The notes below the pieces were generated by a model. It saw only the letters and a list, made by a program, of their open reading frames with translations, did not search any database and was not told the DNA's origin. Below, piece after piece: positions 1-9,261 of a DNA stretch of 64,000 bases. The stretch spans positions 1,891,331 through 1,955,330 of the forward strand of contig CAWBDK010000005.1 of assembly GCA_963787525.1 (NCBI GenBank), given 5' to 3'. Position numbers and translations under genes: made by a program. Within the stretch, counting starts at the first letter, position 1. Every line of letters begins with the position of its first letter. The DNA is from an uncultured Acidimicrobiaceae bacterium. GTDB taxonomy: Bacteria > Actinomycetota > Acidimicrobiia > Acidimicrobiales > RAAP-2.

Positions 1-179
1 ATGCGGACGAGATCGGGCCGTCACTGCGCTGGGCGACCGCCCAGGTCACCAAGAACGAGCGGCGGGGTCCAGGCGACGGGTCGGCCCGGGGCGGCAACCG
101 CCCGGCGGCACCCCCGCAACCACCGGCACAACCGGCCGCCGAGGGCGGCGGCTACGGATTCGACGAGGAGCCCTTCTGA
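1..179 (+). CDS. ssb: single-stranded DNA-binding protein, C-terminal fragment (5' end outside window)
   Basis: Frame 3 reads ADEIGPSLRWATAQVTKNERRG...AAEGGGYGFDEEPF*, with a Gly/Pro-rich linker and the acidic DEEPF tail typical of SSB. It is followed by rpsR-rplI-dnaB. It is absent from the ORF track because there is no start codon in the window. Confidence 0.85.
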   Translation, partial: ADEIGPSLRWATAQVTKNERRGPGDGSARGGNRPAAPPQPPAQPAAEGGGYGFDEEPF

Positions 180-701
180 TGGCACGTAACAACCAGCGCG
201 GGGGGACGGCGGCGCGGCGCGCGCCCGAAGGACCTCGGCCGACGGGTCAAGAAGAAGCCCTGTGCGTTGTGCCGCGACAAGGTCGAGTGGGTCGACTACA
301 AGGACGTCCCCATGCTGCGCAAGTACATGAGCGACCGCGGCAAGATCCGCTCGCGCCGGGTGACGGGCAACTGCGCCCAGCACCAGCGGGCACTGGCCAT
401 GGCGATCAAGACGGCGCGCGAGCTCGTGCTGCTGCCCTACACCCAGCGCACCGTGACCGAGCGCCCGGGCGGGCGCGGCGGCGGGCGGGGGGACCGGGGC
501 GAGCGGACGCTGGGCGACTCCATGGCCGCCGAGGCACGGCGTGGGCCGGCGCCGACTCCGGCGCCGACTCCGGCGCCGGTCGAGGCCCCCGTCGAGGTCG
601 CCGAGGCCCTGGCCATCGTCGACGAAGCCGTGGCGGACGCCGAGGCGGGTGTCCCGGTCGAGGTCGTCGTCGAGGCGGACGAGGCGGGTGCGGACGCATG
701 A
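179..701 (+). CDS. rpsR: 30S ribosomal protein S18, with an apparent +1 frameshift in a G6 run (200-205) and an unusually long acidic C-terminal extension
   Basis: The ATG at 179 overlaps the ssb stop (TGATG). The body in the next frame reads [79 protein letters not shown], a classic S18. The stop overlaps the rplI ATG (ATGA at 698-701). Confidence 0.85.
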
Positions 702-1147
702 AGGTCCTCTTGCGCGACGACGTCGCCGGGGTGGGTCGCCGGGGTGACATCGTCAAGGTGGCCGGCGGGTTCGCCCGCAACTACCTGTTCCCCGAGGGTC
801 GGGCCATCGCCGCCACGGAGGGTGTCGAGGGTCAGGCCGAGCTGATGCGGCGCGGCCGCGACCTGCGGGAGGCCCAGGACCGGGGCGCGGCCGAGGCCCA
901 GGCTTCCCTGCTGGCCGGCGCCGTGATCCCGATCACCGCCCGCGCCGCCGGCGGGGGGAGGCTCTTCGGCTCCATCGGCCCGGCCGACGTCGCCGAGGCC
1001 ATCCGGACGGCCAAGGGCGTGGAGGTGGACCGCAAGCACATCGAGCTGCCCGAGCACATAAAGGAGACCGGGACGTTCGAGGTGACGGTGGAACTGTTCC
1101 GCGACGTGGCAACGGTGGTGACGGTGGAGGTCAGCGCCGCCACGTGA
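698..1147 (+). CDS. rplI: 50S ribosomal protein L9
   Basis: [40 protein letters not shown]...[12 protein letters not shown]...[11 protein letters not shown] matches the L9 N- and C-domains. Conserved position between rpsR and dnaB. Confidence 0.9.
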   Translation: MKVLLRDDVAGVGRRGDIVKVAGGFARNYLFPEGRAIAATEGVEGQAELMRRGRDLREAQDRGAAEAQASLLAGAVIPITARAAGGGRLFGSIGPADVAEAIRTAKGVEVDRKHIELPEHIKETGTFEVTVELFRDVATVVTVEVSAAT

Positions 1148-1169
1148 GCGGCGCGGGATCCGCGCCGCT
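1147..1169 (+). terminator. GC-rich hairpin directly after the rplI stop (possible intrinsic terminator, no U-tract)
   Basis: AGCGGCGCGG (1147-1156) pairs perfectly with CCGCGCCGCT (1160-1169) around a 3-nt loop. Tail-less hairpin terminators are common in Actinomycetota. Confidence 0.4.
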
Positions 1170-1252
1170 GTCACATCACTGTGCTCATCATGGCGGGGTG
1201 ATGGTGACAGCACCCTCCGCTCGGCCTGCAGGTCCAACCGTTCGTACACGGC

Positions 1253-1315
1253 TTATCCACACCACGGGTGCACTTACACCCTGGGTTACCCACATGCCAG
1301 GTGTCGTTACCCACA
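1253..1315 (+). promoter_or_regulatory. three co-oriented DnaA-box-like 9-mers upstream of dnaB
   Basis: TTATCCACA at 1253-1261 is a perfect E. coli-type DnaA box. TTACCCACA occurs at 1286-1294 and again at 1307-1315. All lie 50-115 bp upstream of the dnaB start. Confidence 0.35.
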
Positions 1316-1366
1316 GCAAGTTCGCCCTTATGGTCCCCAGCTCCGGACGCGTCACAGTAGGGAGCC

Positions 1367-2756
1367 GTGGTCCAAGCCTTCGACGACACCCGCCCCCGCC
1401 CCCTGCGCACGGCCCCCCAGCCTCCGAGCGGTGCGCGTGTGCCCCCGCACGACGTCGAGGCCGAGGAGTCGCTCCTCGGGGCCATGCTGCTCTCCAACGA
1501 CGCCGCGTCGGTCGGCATCGAGAGGTGCTCGTCGGGCGACTTCTACAAGCCGGCCCACGGCCACATCTTCGGTGCGATCCGTGCCCTCATGGAGCGGGGT
1601 GAGGCCATCGACGCGGTGACCGTGACCGACGAGCTCAAGCGCTCGGGGGTGCTCGAGGCGGTCGGCGACCCTTCGATCTTCATCTCCCTGCAGGCCAACA
1701 CGCCCTCGATCGCCAACGCGCGGCACTATGCCGAGATCGTCGAGGAGCACGCACTGTTGCGCAAGCTCATCGGCGTGGCGGGCGAGATCGCCGACATCGG
1801 GTACTCGGTCCCCGAGGACGTGAAAGCGGCGGTCGACCAGTCGGAGCAGCTGGTGTTCAACGTCGGGCGAGCGCCGCACGGCCGACACCATGCGCCCGCT
1901 GCACGAACTGCTGGGCCAGGGGCTGGACCGTATCGAGGAGCTGGGCCAGCGCGGGTCGCACATCACCGGTGTGGCCACGGGCTACCACGAGCTCGACCAC
2001 ATCCTGCTCGGCTTCCAGCCCTCCTCGCTCAACATCGTCGGCGCCCGCCCGGGCATGGGCAAGACGAGCTTCGCGCTCGGGGTCCTGGCCAACGTGGGCC
2101 TCAACGTGCAGCGCCCGGCGCTCCTCTTCTCACTCGAGATGGGCCACCTCGAGCTGACGCAACGCCTCCTCGCCTCGGAGGCCGAGGTGAACGGTCAGAG
2201 CCTGCAGACGGGACGGATCCGCACCCAGGACTGGAGCAAGATCGGGATGGCCGTGACCCGGCTGTCCGGCGCGCCCATCTTCATCGACGACAACCCCAAC
2301 GTCACGGTCATGGACATCAGGGCCCGGGCCCGGCGGCTCAAGAAGTCCGAGGGCGACCTCGGACTCGTCGTCGTCGACTACCTCCAGCTCATGACGGGCC
2401 GGGGCCGGGCGGAGAACCGGCAGACCGAGGTCGCCGAGATCAGCCGCGGCCTCAAGATCCTGGCCCGCGAGCTCGAGGTGCCTGTCGTCGCCCTCTCCCA
2501 GCTCTCCCGGAACCTCGAGTCCCGCCAGGACAAGACGCCGCAGCTGTCCGACCTCCGGGAATCGGGGTCGCTCGAGCAGGACGCCGACGTGGTTCTCTTC
2601 ATCTACCGCGAGTCCGAGTACAACGACGAGGTGCCGATCGACCGGGCCGACGACGCGCTGATAGAGGTGGCCAAGCACCGCAACGGCCCGACGGGGAAGG
2701 CCAACCTGCTGTTCCTCAAGCAGTACGCGCGCTTCGAGAACCACCGGGGCGTGTAG
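1367..2756 (+). CDS. dnaB: replicative DNA helicase DnaB, single frameshift near 1866 as assembled
   Basis: The N-terminus reads PPHDVEAEESLLGAMLLSNDA...HYAEIVEEHALLRKLI. After QLVFNV the frame changes to GERRTADTMRPLHELL...GARPGMGKTSFAL (Walker A)...VVDYLQLM...SQLSRNLE...LRESGSLEQDADVV...AKHRNGPTG. Confidence 0.92.
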
Positions 2757-2798
2757 GAGCCGAGCCGGACCGAGCTCCCCCCGCCGTTTGCGCAGTGG

Positions 2799-3722
2799 TC
2801 ACGGCGCGGGCTCACCCGCACCGGGGCGTGGAGCTCTCACCCGCGAGGCTGGTTGATAGTTCGGTCCGGCCGTCTCGTCGACGCGAGCAAGGAGCAATTC
2901 GCACGGAGGCTCGAGGCGTTCAGCGAACTCCTGAGCGGCGCGCTCGCCCAGGAGGCGCCACGGCAGTGCCGTCAACTGGTCTGTGGTGTCCTCGACCCAT
3001 TGGCGGAGCGCCACCCCTTGGGGGAGAACGGCGCGACCCTCGGCCAATCCCTTGTTGGCCAGGGACGTCCAGCCCTCCTCGATCTCATCGGGGGTATTGC
3101 CCCGCGAACGGCTGAGCCAGTCGACTTCGTAGTCGAGCCAGGCGTTGTGCAGGATCGATGCCTCGGAGTGTGACAGTCCGGCCGCGACGACGATCGCCCA
3201 GTGGGTGTCCCCGCGCCACTCCCGCAGACAGTTGACGGCGTGCCATCCCGACAAGAGCGGGTCGTCGGGACGGGCCATCGACCGCACCGAGGCGAACATC
3301 ACCCGGCCCAGGACCGGCAGCTCGTCGACGATGCGCCACAGGCTCGGACCCATCGCTTCCAGTGGCTCGATGATGGTCGGCACGTACGCGCGCAGGCCCT
3401 CGACCACCGCCTCGTCACGTGCGTGCCAGTACTGCTGAAAATCCCGCGGACCATTGAGGATGTCGAAGACCATGTGGATGCCGATCGAACTGATGGAGCC
3501 GAACGCCGCCACGACCGCGTCGGCCCCGGCCGGCGCCAGGGGAGCACAGCGTGAAGCGATGTAGCCGAGAGGGCCGGGCAAGCCGAGCTTTTCGTACCGG
3601 GCCACCGCACCGGGATCCCAGAAGATCCAACCGATGGTGGTCTGCACCGACCGGCCGTTGCGCCGGCTGATCTCGTGCCACCGCGCAGGACCAGGGTCAA
3701 CCGCCGGCCACGCACTCGTCAC
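2799..3722 (-). CDS. conserved hypothetical protein (reminiscent of actinobacterial SCO6745-like family; unverified)
   Basis: Intact 307-aa ORF with protein-like composition: WIFWDPGAVARYEKLGLPGPLGYIASRCAPLAPAG...WHAVNCLREWRGDTHW. I recognise no catalytic motif. Confidence 0.6.
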   Translation of the reverse strand: MTSAWPAVDPGPARWHEISRRNGRSVQTTIGWIFWDPGAVARYEKLGLPGPLGYIASRCAPLAPAGADAVVAAFGSISSIGIHMVFDILNGPRDFQQYWHARDEAVVEGLRAYVPTIIEPLEAMGPSLWRIVDELPVLGRVMFASVRSMARPDDPLLSGWHAVNCLREWRGDTHWAIVVAAGLSHSEASILHNAWLDYEVDWLSRSRGNTPDEIEEGWTSLANKGLAEGRAVLPQGVALRQWVEDTTDQLTALPWRLLGERAAQEFAERLEPPCELLLARVDETAGPNYQPASRVRAPRPGAGEPAP

Positions 3723-3767
3723 GGGTCAGAAGGTACCCGAGGCCCGAGCTAGAGGAATCCCTCTAAT

Positions 3768-4421
3768 ATGCCCCGGGATCGCCGGAGGTCCGCGACAATC
3801 GTTCGCGTGCGTGCTCCACAACAGACTCGCAGCATTGCGTCCACGGCGCGGATGCTCGATGCGGCCGAGGAGCTCCTCGATCGTGAGGGCCCGGACGCAT
3901 TGACCGTGGAGGCCGTCGTCCGTGAGTCACAGGCGTCGATCGGATCGTTCTATGCCAGGTTCGGGGACCGCTAGGGTCTTCTGTTCGCCCTGCAGGAACG
4001 TTTCCACCAGCGCCTCGACGAGCACGGCGCGCAGACCATGTTGGCTGCGACCGCCGCGGACAGCCTCAGTGAGGCCATTGAGATACTCGTCGAGGGATTC
4101 CGGGACGCCTTCGACACCCTCCGGCCGTCCTTCAACGCCAATCTGCTGCACAACCGGTTCGACCCCACCATTCGGGCGCGGGGCGCCGAGCACCGGCGGA
4201 AGGCGGCGAGCTCGATCCGCCGGCTCATCACCGTTCACTTCGCCGATCGGGTGACGCACCCTGAACCGAAACTTGCAGCGGACCTCGTCTTCCGCGTGCT
4301 GTCGTCCGTGTCGATCCAACGGGCGCTGTTCGAGCACGAGAAGGGCACGAGGCGGGTGAGCGCGAACACGTGGACACAAGAGGTGACGCGGATGCTCGTC
4401 AACTATCTCCAACCACTCTGA
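3768..4421 (+). pseudogene. TetR-family transcriptional regulator interrupted by an in-frame TAG at 3972-3974
   Basis: The N-terminal HTH region reads QTRSIASTARMLDAAEELLDREGPDALTVEAVVRESQASIGSFYARFGDR*. The same frame continues GLLFALQERFHQRL... to 4421. Confidence 0.75.
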
Positions 4422-4596
4422 GCACCCCATCGGGCGGTTGCTCGAAGAGTACGGTGTGACGTAGGTCGATCGGCGGGCCGATGCAGGAGGCGGGTTGTGG
4501 AGCGACGACATGCCGGCCCGTGAGCCCGTGACGCTGCGAGGTCGACGGCCACGTTCGCGCTGCTCCCTCCTTCCGGCGGGGCCGGGGCGGGAAGGC

Positions 4597-6211
4597 ATGA
4601 CGACGCCAGCGGAGGCGACCCGACGCGTTCGCCCGACGCTCACTCTCGTGGCGGTGTGCGCCGGGATGGTCATGGTGCTGTTCGACGCGACCGTCACCGG
4701 ACCGGCGATGCCCACGGTCCAACGACAGCTCCATCTCTCGGTCAACCAGCTGCAGTGGTTCTTCAACGCCTACATGCTCACGACGGCCGCCCTGATGGTG
4801 CCGGCCGGGAGGCTCGGGGATCTCTACGGGCGCAGGCGGCTCTTCGTGGTGGGGATCTGCGTGTACACCGTCGGGGCCATCGGGACCGGGACCGCGCAGA
4901 GCGCAGCGTGGATCATCGGGGCGTCGGTCGTTCAGGGTGTCGGTGGGGCGTTCATCTCCACCCTTTCCCTCTCGATCATCGAAGCGTCCTTCCCGCCGGA
5001 CCGGCGGGGTCGCGCCATCGGGATCTGGACCGGCGTGCTGGGCGCATCGCTGGCGGTGGCCCCCGTGTTGGCCGGCTACCTGACCCAGCACGTCAGCTGG
5101 CGGTTCATCTTCTTCCTCACCGTCCCGATCGGCGCCCTCGCGCTCTGGGCGACGCTGCGAGGGGTCGGCGAGTCAGCGCGACCTCACCGCGGAGGGTGGT
5201 TTCGATTTCCCCGGCGGGATCCTGGCCGCGCTCGGGGTGTTCCTGATCGCCTACGCCGTCATGGAGGGTGAGACCTGGGGATGGGGGAGTCCACTGACGC
5301 TGTGCGTGCTCTTCGGCGGGCTGGCGGTGCTGGGTGCCTTCTGGGTCGTCGAACACCGCGTCCGGTTCCCCCTCGTGCCGCCCGACGTGTTGCACAACGC
5401 GCGGCTGGCGGGCGTGGACACGCTGGCAAGTCTCGTCCAGTTCGGCCAGATCGGCTTCTTCTTCTTCCTTCCGCTCTACCTGCAGAACGTGGAGGGGTAT
5501 TCCCCGACCAAGTACGGCCTCGCCGTGCTGCCGCTGACCATTGCGGCCGCCGTCGTGTCGGTCGTGGCGGGTCGACTGGTCGACCGCGTCGGGTCCCGCC
5601 TCCTTGTCTTCGGGGGCCTCGTGGCGACGGCGGTCGGGTTTGCCCTTCTCACCGGCATCGGTCCCGACACCTCCTTCGCCTCGGTGGTCGGGCCGTTCAC
5701 CTTGCTCGGCATCGGCTTCGGGATGAGCATCGCCCCCCTCACCGCGGCGGCACTGGCGAGCGTGCCCGACGAGCGGGCCGGCGTGGCCTCGGGGCTGCTC
5801 AACATGGCGCGCCAACTCGGGGGCGTCCTCGGGGTGGCCGTCCTCGGGGTGGTAGCGGACGAGCGGGCCAAGTCGGTCGCACGGTCGGAGCTGGCGCAGC
5901 AGGGGGTGCATGCCAGCACCGCCGGGCTGAACGCCGTGACCGATGTCCTGACGATACCGAGCGCGAGCGCCCAGGTCCTCGAGTCGACCTGGCACGTCTC
6001 GACGGCCCAGGCGCAACAGCTGGCCGTGACGCTCTTCACCGACGCGCTCTCCGCGGTCCTGTGGGTGAGCGCCGGGCTGTTCGTTCTCGGGAGCGGCGCC
6101 GCGCTGTGGGTGCTGCGCCGGCGGGCGGCGACGGACTCGGCGGTGCCTGATGACGCGGGACGGGAGGGGGAGGCTCTCGGGGGGCCTCAGGTCGCGGCCG
6201 GGAGCACGTAG
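4597..6211 (+). CDS. DHA2 (EmrB/QacA-like, 14-TMS) MFS efflux transporter, frameshift near 5175
   Basis: VAVCAGMVMVLFDATVTGPAMPTVQRQLHLS...GRLGDLYGRRRLF...SIIEASFPPDRRGRAIGIW, then after GES the frame changes to RDLTAEGGFDFPGGILAALGVFLIAYAV... and runs to the stop at 6211. It lies downstream of the TetR gene. Confidence 0.8.
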
Positions 6212-6981
6212 CGATCGACGGCGATGGCGAAGCCCTCGTCGTCGTTGCTGGCCGTGATCCGCCGGGCCGCCCGCTTCACCTCGGGTTCGGCGTTCCCCAT
6301 CGCGATGCTGAGCCCCGAGTGGGCGAACATCAAGATGTCGTTGGGCATGTCTCCGATGGTGGCGATCTGCGCGGGATCGAGCTCGTAGCGCTCGGGCGAG
6401 GGAGCGGGCGACGACGCCCTTGTTGGCCTGGGGGTGGGTCACGTCGAGGTAGTAGGGCTGGGAGGCCGCCGCCGTCAGGTGGTCGCCGAACTTCTCGCCC
6501 GCCGGCGCGGGCCGCCGCGGCGACGGCATCGTGGTCGTCGCTCACCCCCACCAGCTTCACGACGTTGTCGGTCAGCCCGTCGAACCCCTTCATCACCTTG
6601 GGCTCGAACTTGACCGTCCAGGCCTCCGCGGTCGACGTGCGGCCCCTTCGGGTCGGGCACGTACCACTCGGCGCCGCGGTAGAGCCACACGGCGAGCTTG
6701 AAGGACGTCATGTGGTCGGCGACGGGGACCACGAGGTCTTCGGGCACCACCCGCTGCTCCAACACGTTCATGTCCCGGTCCACCAGCAGTCCGCCGTTGA
6801 AGGCGGCGATCGGCGTCTGCAGGTCGAGGGGGTCCACCAGCATCGCCATGCCCCGCGGCGGGCGGCCGCTGGTCACGGCGAACAGCACGCCGGCGTCGCG
6901 CAGCCTGCCCACCGCGGCGATGGCGCCGTCGGTGAGGACCTTCTCCTGGGTGACCAGCGTCCCGTCCACATCGGCCAGCAT
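6187..6981 (-). pseudogene. Cof-type HAD-superfamily phosphatase, three frameshifts as assembled (~6640, ~6490, ~6395)
   Basis: MLADVDGTLVTQEKVLTDGAIAAVGRLRDAGVLFAVTSGRPPRGM (HAD motifs I/II), then VMKGFDGLTDNVVKLVGVSDD, then GEKFGDHLTAAASQPYYLDVTHPQANKG, then IATIGDMPNDILMFAHSGLSIAMGNAEPEVK...DDEGFA*. The 3' end overlaps the convergent MFS gene by 25 nt. Confidence 0.7.
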
Positions 6982-7058
6982 GAGGCGGATGGGGAGGGGC
7001 GGATGGTCCTCGGTCGGCGCGGCGTGGGAGGCGATGGGGGCGATGGTAGCGGGACCCG

Positions 7059-7834
7059 TCAGGTCCGGACGGTGTGGGAAGGCGCCGGCCGGCGCGCCCC
7101 GGGCCCGGCCGGCGGCGGCGGCGCACCCCAGCGCCACCACAACGACGGCGGCCCAGAACGAGAGGAACGACGCGCCGAGCACGGCCGCCGCCGTCTCGGC
7201 ACGCGACGACGACGCCGAGCATGACGGGCCAGGCGTCGGTGAAGCGCCGGTGGAACACGGCCAGCGAGCGCGCCGAGGTGATGCCACGGCCCAGGAAGAC
7301 GGCGAGGCCGCGCACCAGACCGAAGAGCGCGCCGATCGACAGCGCGACCCAGGGGTCGGCGGTCAGCGCGGCCAGGACGATCATCAGATAGACCGCCGAC
7401 GTCTTGATGTAGGTGACGAGCCCCGCGCCGATCTGCCAGCCGAAGCCTGCTCCGTAGACCCAGGGGCGGAACTGGTCGAGCCAGCGCTCGTTGACCTGGC
7501 GGTGATGGACGGGAAGGCGGAAACCCGCCAGTCGGGCGTCGGCTGCCGCGGCGAGCCCGGACGCGCCGCAGGCGAGCGCGGCGACCAGCACGGTCGAGAT
7601 CCCGAGGGAGCGGACGCCGGCGGCGAGGGCGGCCATGCCGATGCCCAGCGTGGCCCCGCCCAGGATGCTCCCCGCCACGAACCACGTCGCCGTCCTCGTG
7701 TAGCGGTGGCCGCGACCGCGCTCGGCGAGGGGCGTGATGGTGGCCAGCATGGAGACCCCGCAGGGCGACCAGGTCGAGGAGGCCGCCGCCACGACGGCGA
7801 TCGCCACGGCGGCGACGGCGAGGAGGATGGTCAC
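7059..7834 (-). CDS. polytopic membrane protein with CcdA/DsbD-like SPCG motif; frameshift near 7200, 3' end unresolved
   Basis: MTILLAVAAVAIAVVAAASSTWSPCGVSMLATITPL... contains 6 or more hydrophobic segments. After ...AWPVMLGVVVA the hydrophobic sequence continues in another frame (AETAAAVLGASFLSFWAAVVVVALGCAAAAG), and that frame runs stop-free into the HAD gene. A TGA in the third frame lies at 7059. Confidence 0.55.
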
Positions 7835-7859
7835 GGGTACCCCTTTCGTGTGGCGGCCG

Positions 7860-9261
7860 TCACGCCGGCGACCCGAGGAACGGCGCGCCCCCGAAGGCGA
7901 AGATCCCGCCGTCGTGCGCCACCAACCAGTAGCCGGCGTCGTTGCCGTAGGCGGCCATGCCGACGACGGGCTTGTTGAGGTGGATGCCGCCGGTGGATCC
8001 GTCGAAGACGGCGTCGCCGAACGCGAAGATGCCGCCGTCGGCGGCGACGAACCAGTAGCCCCGGCCCGACGGTGTGGCCGCCATCGCCACCACCGGGGCG
8101 TTCAGCGGCTGGCCGCCCATGGAGCCGAGGAAGACGGCGTCGCCGTAGGCGAAGATGCCGCCGTCGGCGGCGACGAGCCAGTAGCCCCGGCCCGACGGCG
8201 TGGCCGCCATCCCCACCACCGGGGCGTTCAGCGGCTGGCCGCCCATGGAGCCGAGGAAGACGGCGTCGCCGTAGTCGAAGATGCCGCCGTCGGCGGCGAC
8301 GAACCAGTAACCCTGGCCCGACGGCGTGGCCGCCATGGCGACCACCGGGGCGTTCAGCTCCTGCCCGCCCGTCGATCCGAGGAACGGCGCGCCGCCGTAG
8401 GCGAAGATGCCGCCGTCGGCACCCAACAGGTAGTAGCCCCCCGTGGGGCACGTCGCCACGGCGACGATCGGCGCTTCGAGCTGCGAGGCCCGAGGCGTCG
8501 CCGTCGTTGGCGAAGTCCCCGTAGCCGAACAGCCTCCCGAACGACGTGAGCACGGCGTACCCCGCATCGTCGGCACTGGGGGCGAGGCCGACCACCTGGC
8601 AGTTCGTGGCGGCCGAGTTGCACGGGGGCATCGGCGGGGCCGGCGTCCAGCAGGGCTCGTTCTGCTCGGCCGTCGCGTTGTCGACGGCCACGGCGGTCGT
8701 GCACGAGGGGTCGACCTGCCAGGGCGGGACGCAGGCCACGACGCGACAGACGATGCGGCCCATGCACGCAACGTCCTGGTTGCACTGGCCGTAGCGGAAC
8801 TGCAGGCAGCCGGTGAGGTACGAATCGCAGCCCTGCGGGCCGCAGCCGCACGCCGTGTCGTCGCACCCCGGCTCGCAGAAAGCGAAGCCGCCGCCGCATC
8901 CGCTGTCGCAGGTACAGGTCGAGTTGCAGTCCATGTAGTACCGCGGCCCGCCGCAGTACGAGGAATTGTCCGCCACCCACCACCCGCCCATCACCGTGTT
9001 CTCGGGGCAGTAGTTGTACCCGCTCACCGAGCAGCAGAAGTCCGAGAAGCCCGAACAGCAGGTGCTGCCGCACCCGCAGCCGGCGTTCCCGCATTCGCAG
9101 ATCGCCCCGTAGGCGGTGCCCGGCTTCAGCGCCAGGTCGAGGCCGGAGCCGATGGCGACGGCGCTGCCGACGAACGCCGACCGGTTGATCAGGCTCCGAC
9201 GGGAGAGGTGTCCCTCGAGGACCTGTGCCGTGCGCGTGACGAGCGCGCTCGGCAGGCTCAC
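7860..9261 (-). CDS. Tat-signal, cysteine-rich (28 Cys) exported protein fused to six ~42-aa propeller-like repeats; MauA-like local pattern; frameshift near 8487
   Basis: The GTG at 9261 overlaps the TGA of another frame (GTGA). The leader is HLSRRSLINRSAFVGSAVAIGSGLDLALKPGTAYG. Then comes AICECGNAGCGCGSTCCSGFSDFCCSVSGYNYCPENTVMGGWWVADNSSYCGGPRYYMDC..., followed by repeats of GYWLVAADGGIFAYGDAVFLGSMGGQPLNAPVVAMAATPSG. Confidence 0.7.
7863..8560 (-). repeat. in-frame tandem coding repeats, 126-bp period (about 6 units; units starting at 8078, 8204 and 8330 are nearly identical)
   Basis: CCGCCAT...GGCGTGG units recur at exactly 126-bp spacing (8078, 8204, 8330) with only a few substitutions. 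The flanking units are more diverged. Confidence 0.85.

Noticed and set aside
267-701. The TTG at 267 as the true start of rpsR, as in the ORF track.
   Set aside because: It would remove the conserved basic N-terminus and the KKKxC context that is present in frame just upstream. The ATG at 179, coupled to the ssb stop, plus a 1-nt correction in the G-run explains the data better.
1147-1169. The BamHI-centred palindrome after rplI as a protein-binding operator.
   Set aside because: Its position immediately after a stop codon and its 10-bp GC stem fit a transcription terminator or RNA-stability hairpin better. It is listed as such with low confidence.
7863-8560. The tandem repeats here and at 54838-56064, considered as possible CRISPR arrays or satellite DNA.
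   Set aside because: The periods of 126, 15 and 330 bp are multiples of three and in frame with coding sequence. There are no unique spacers and no cas genes.
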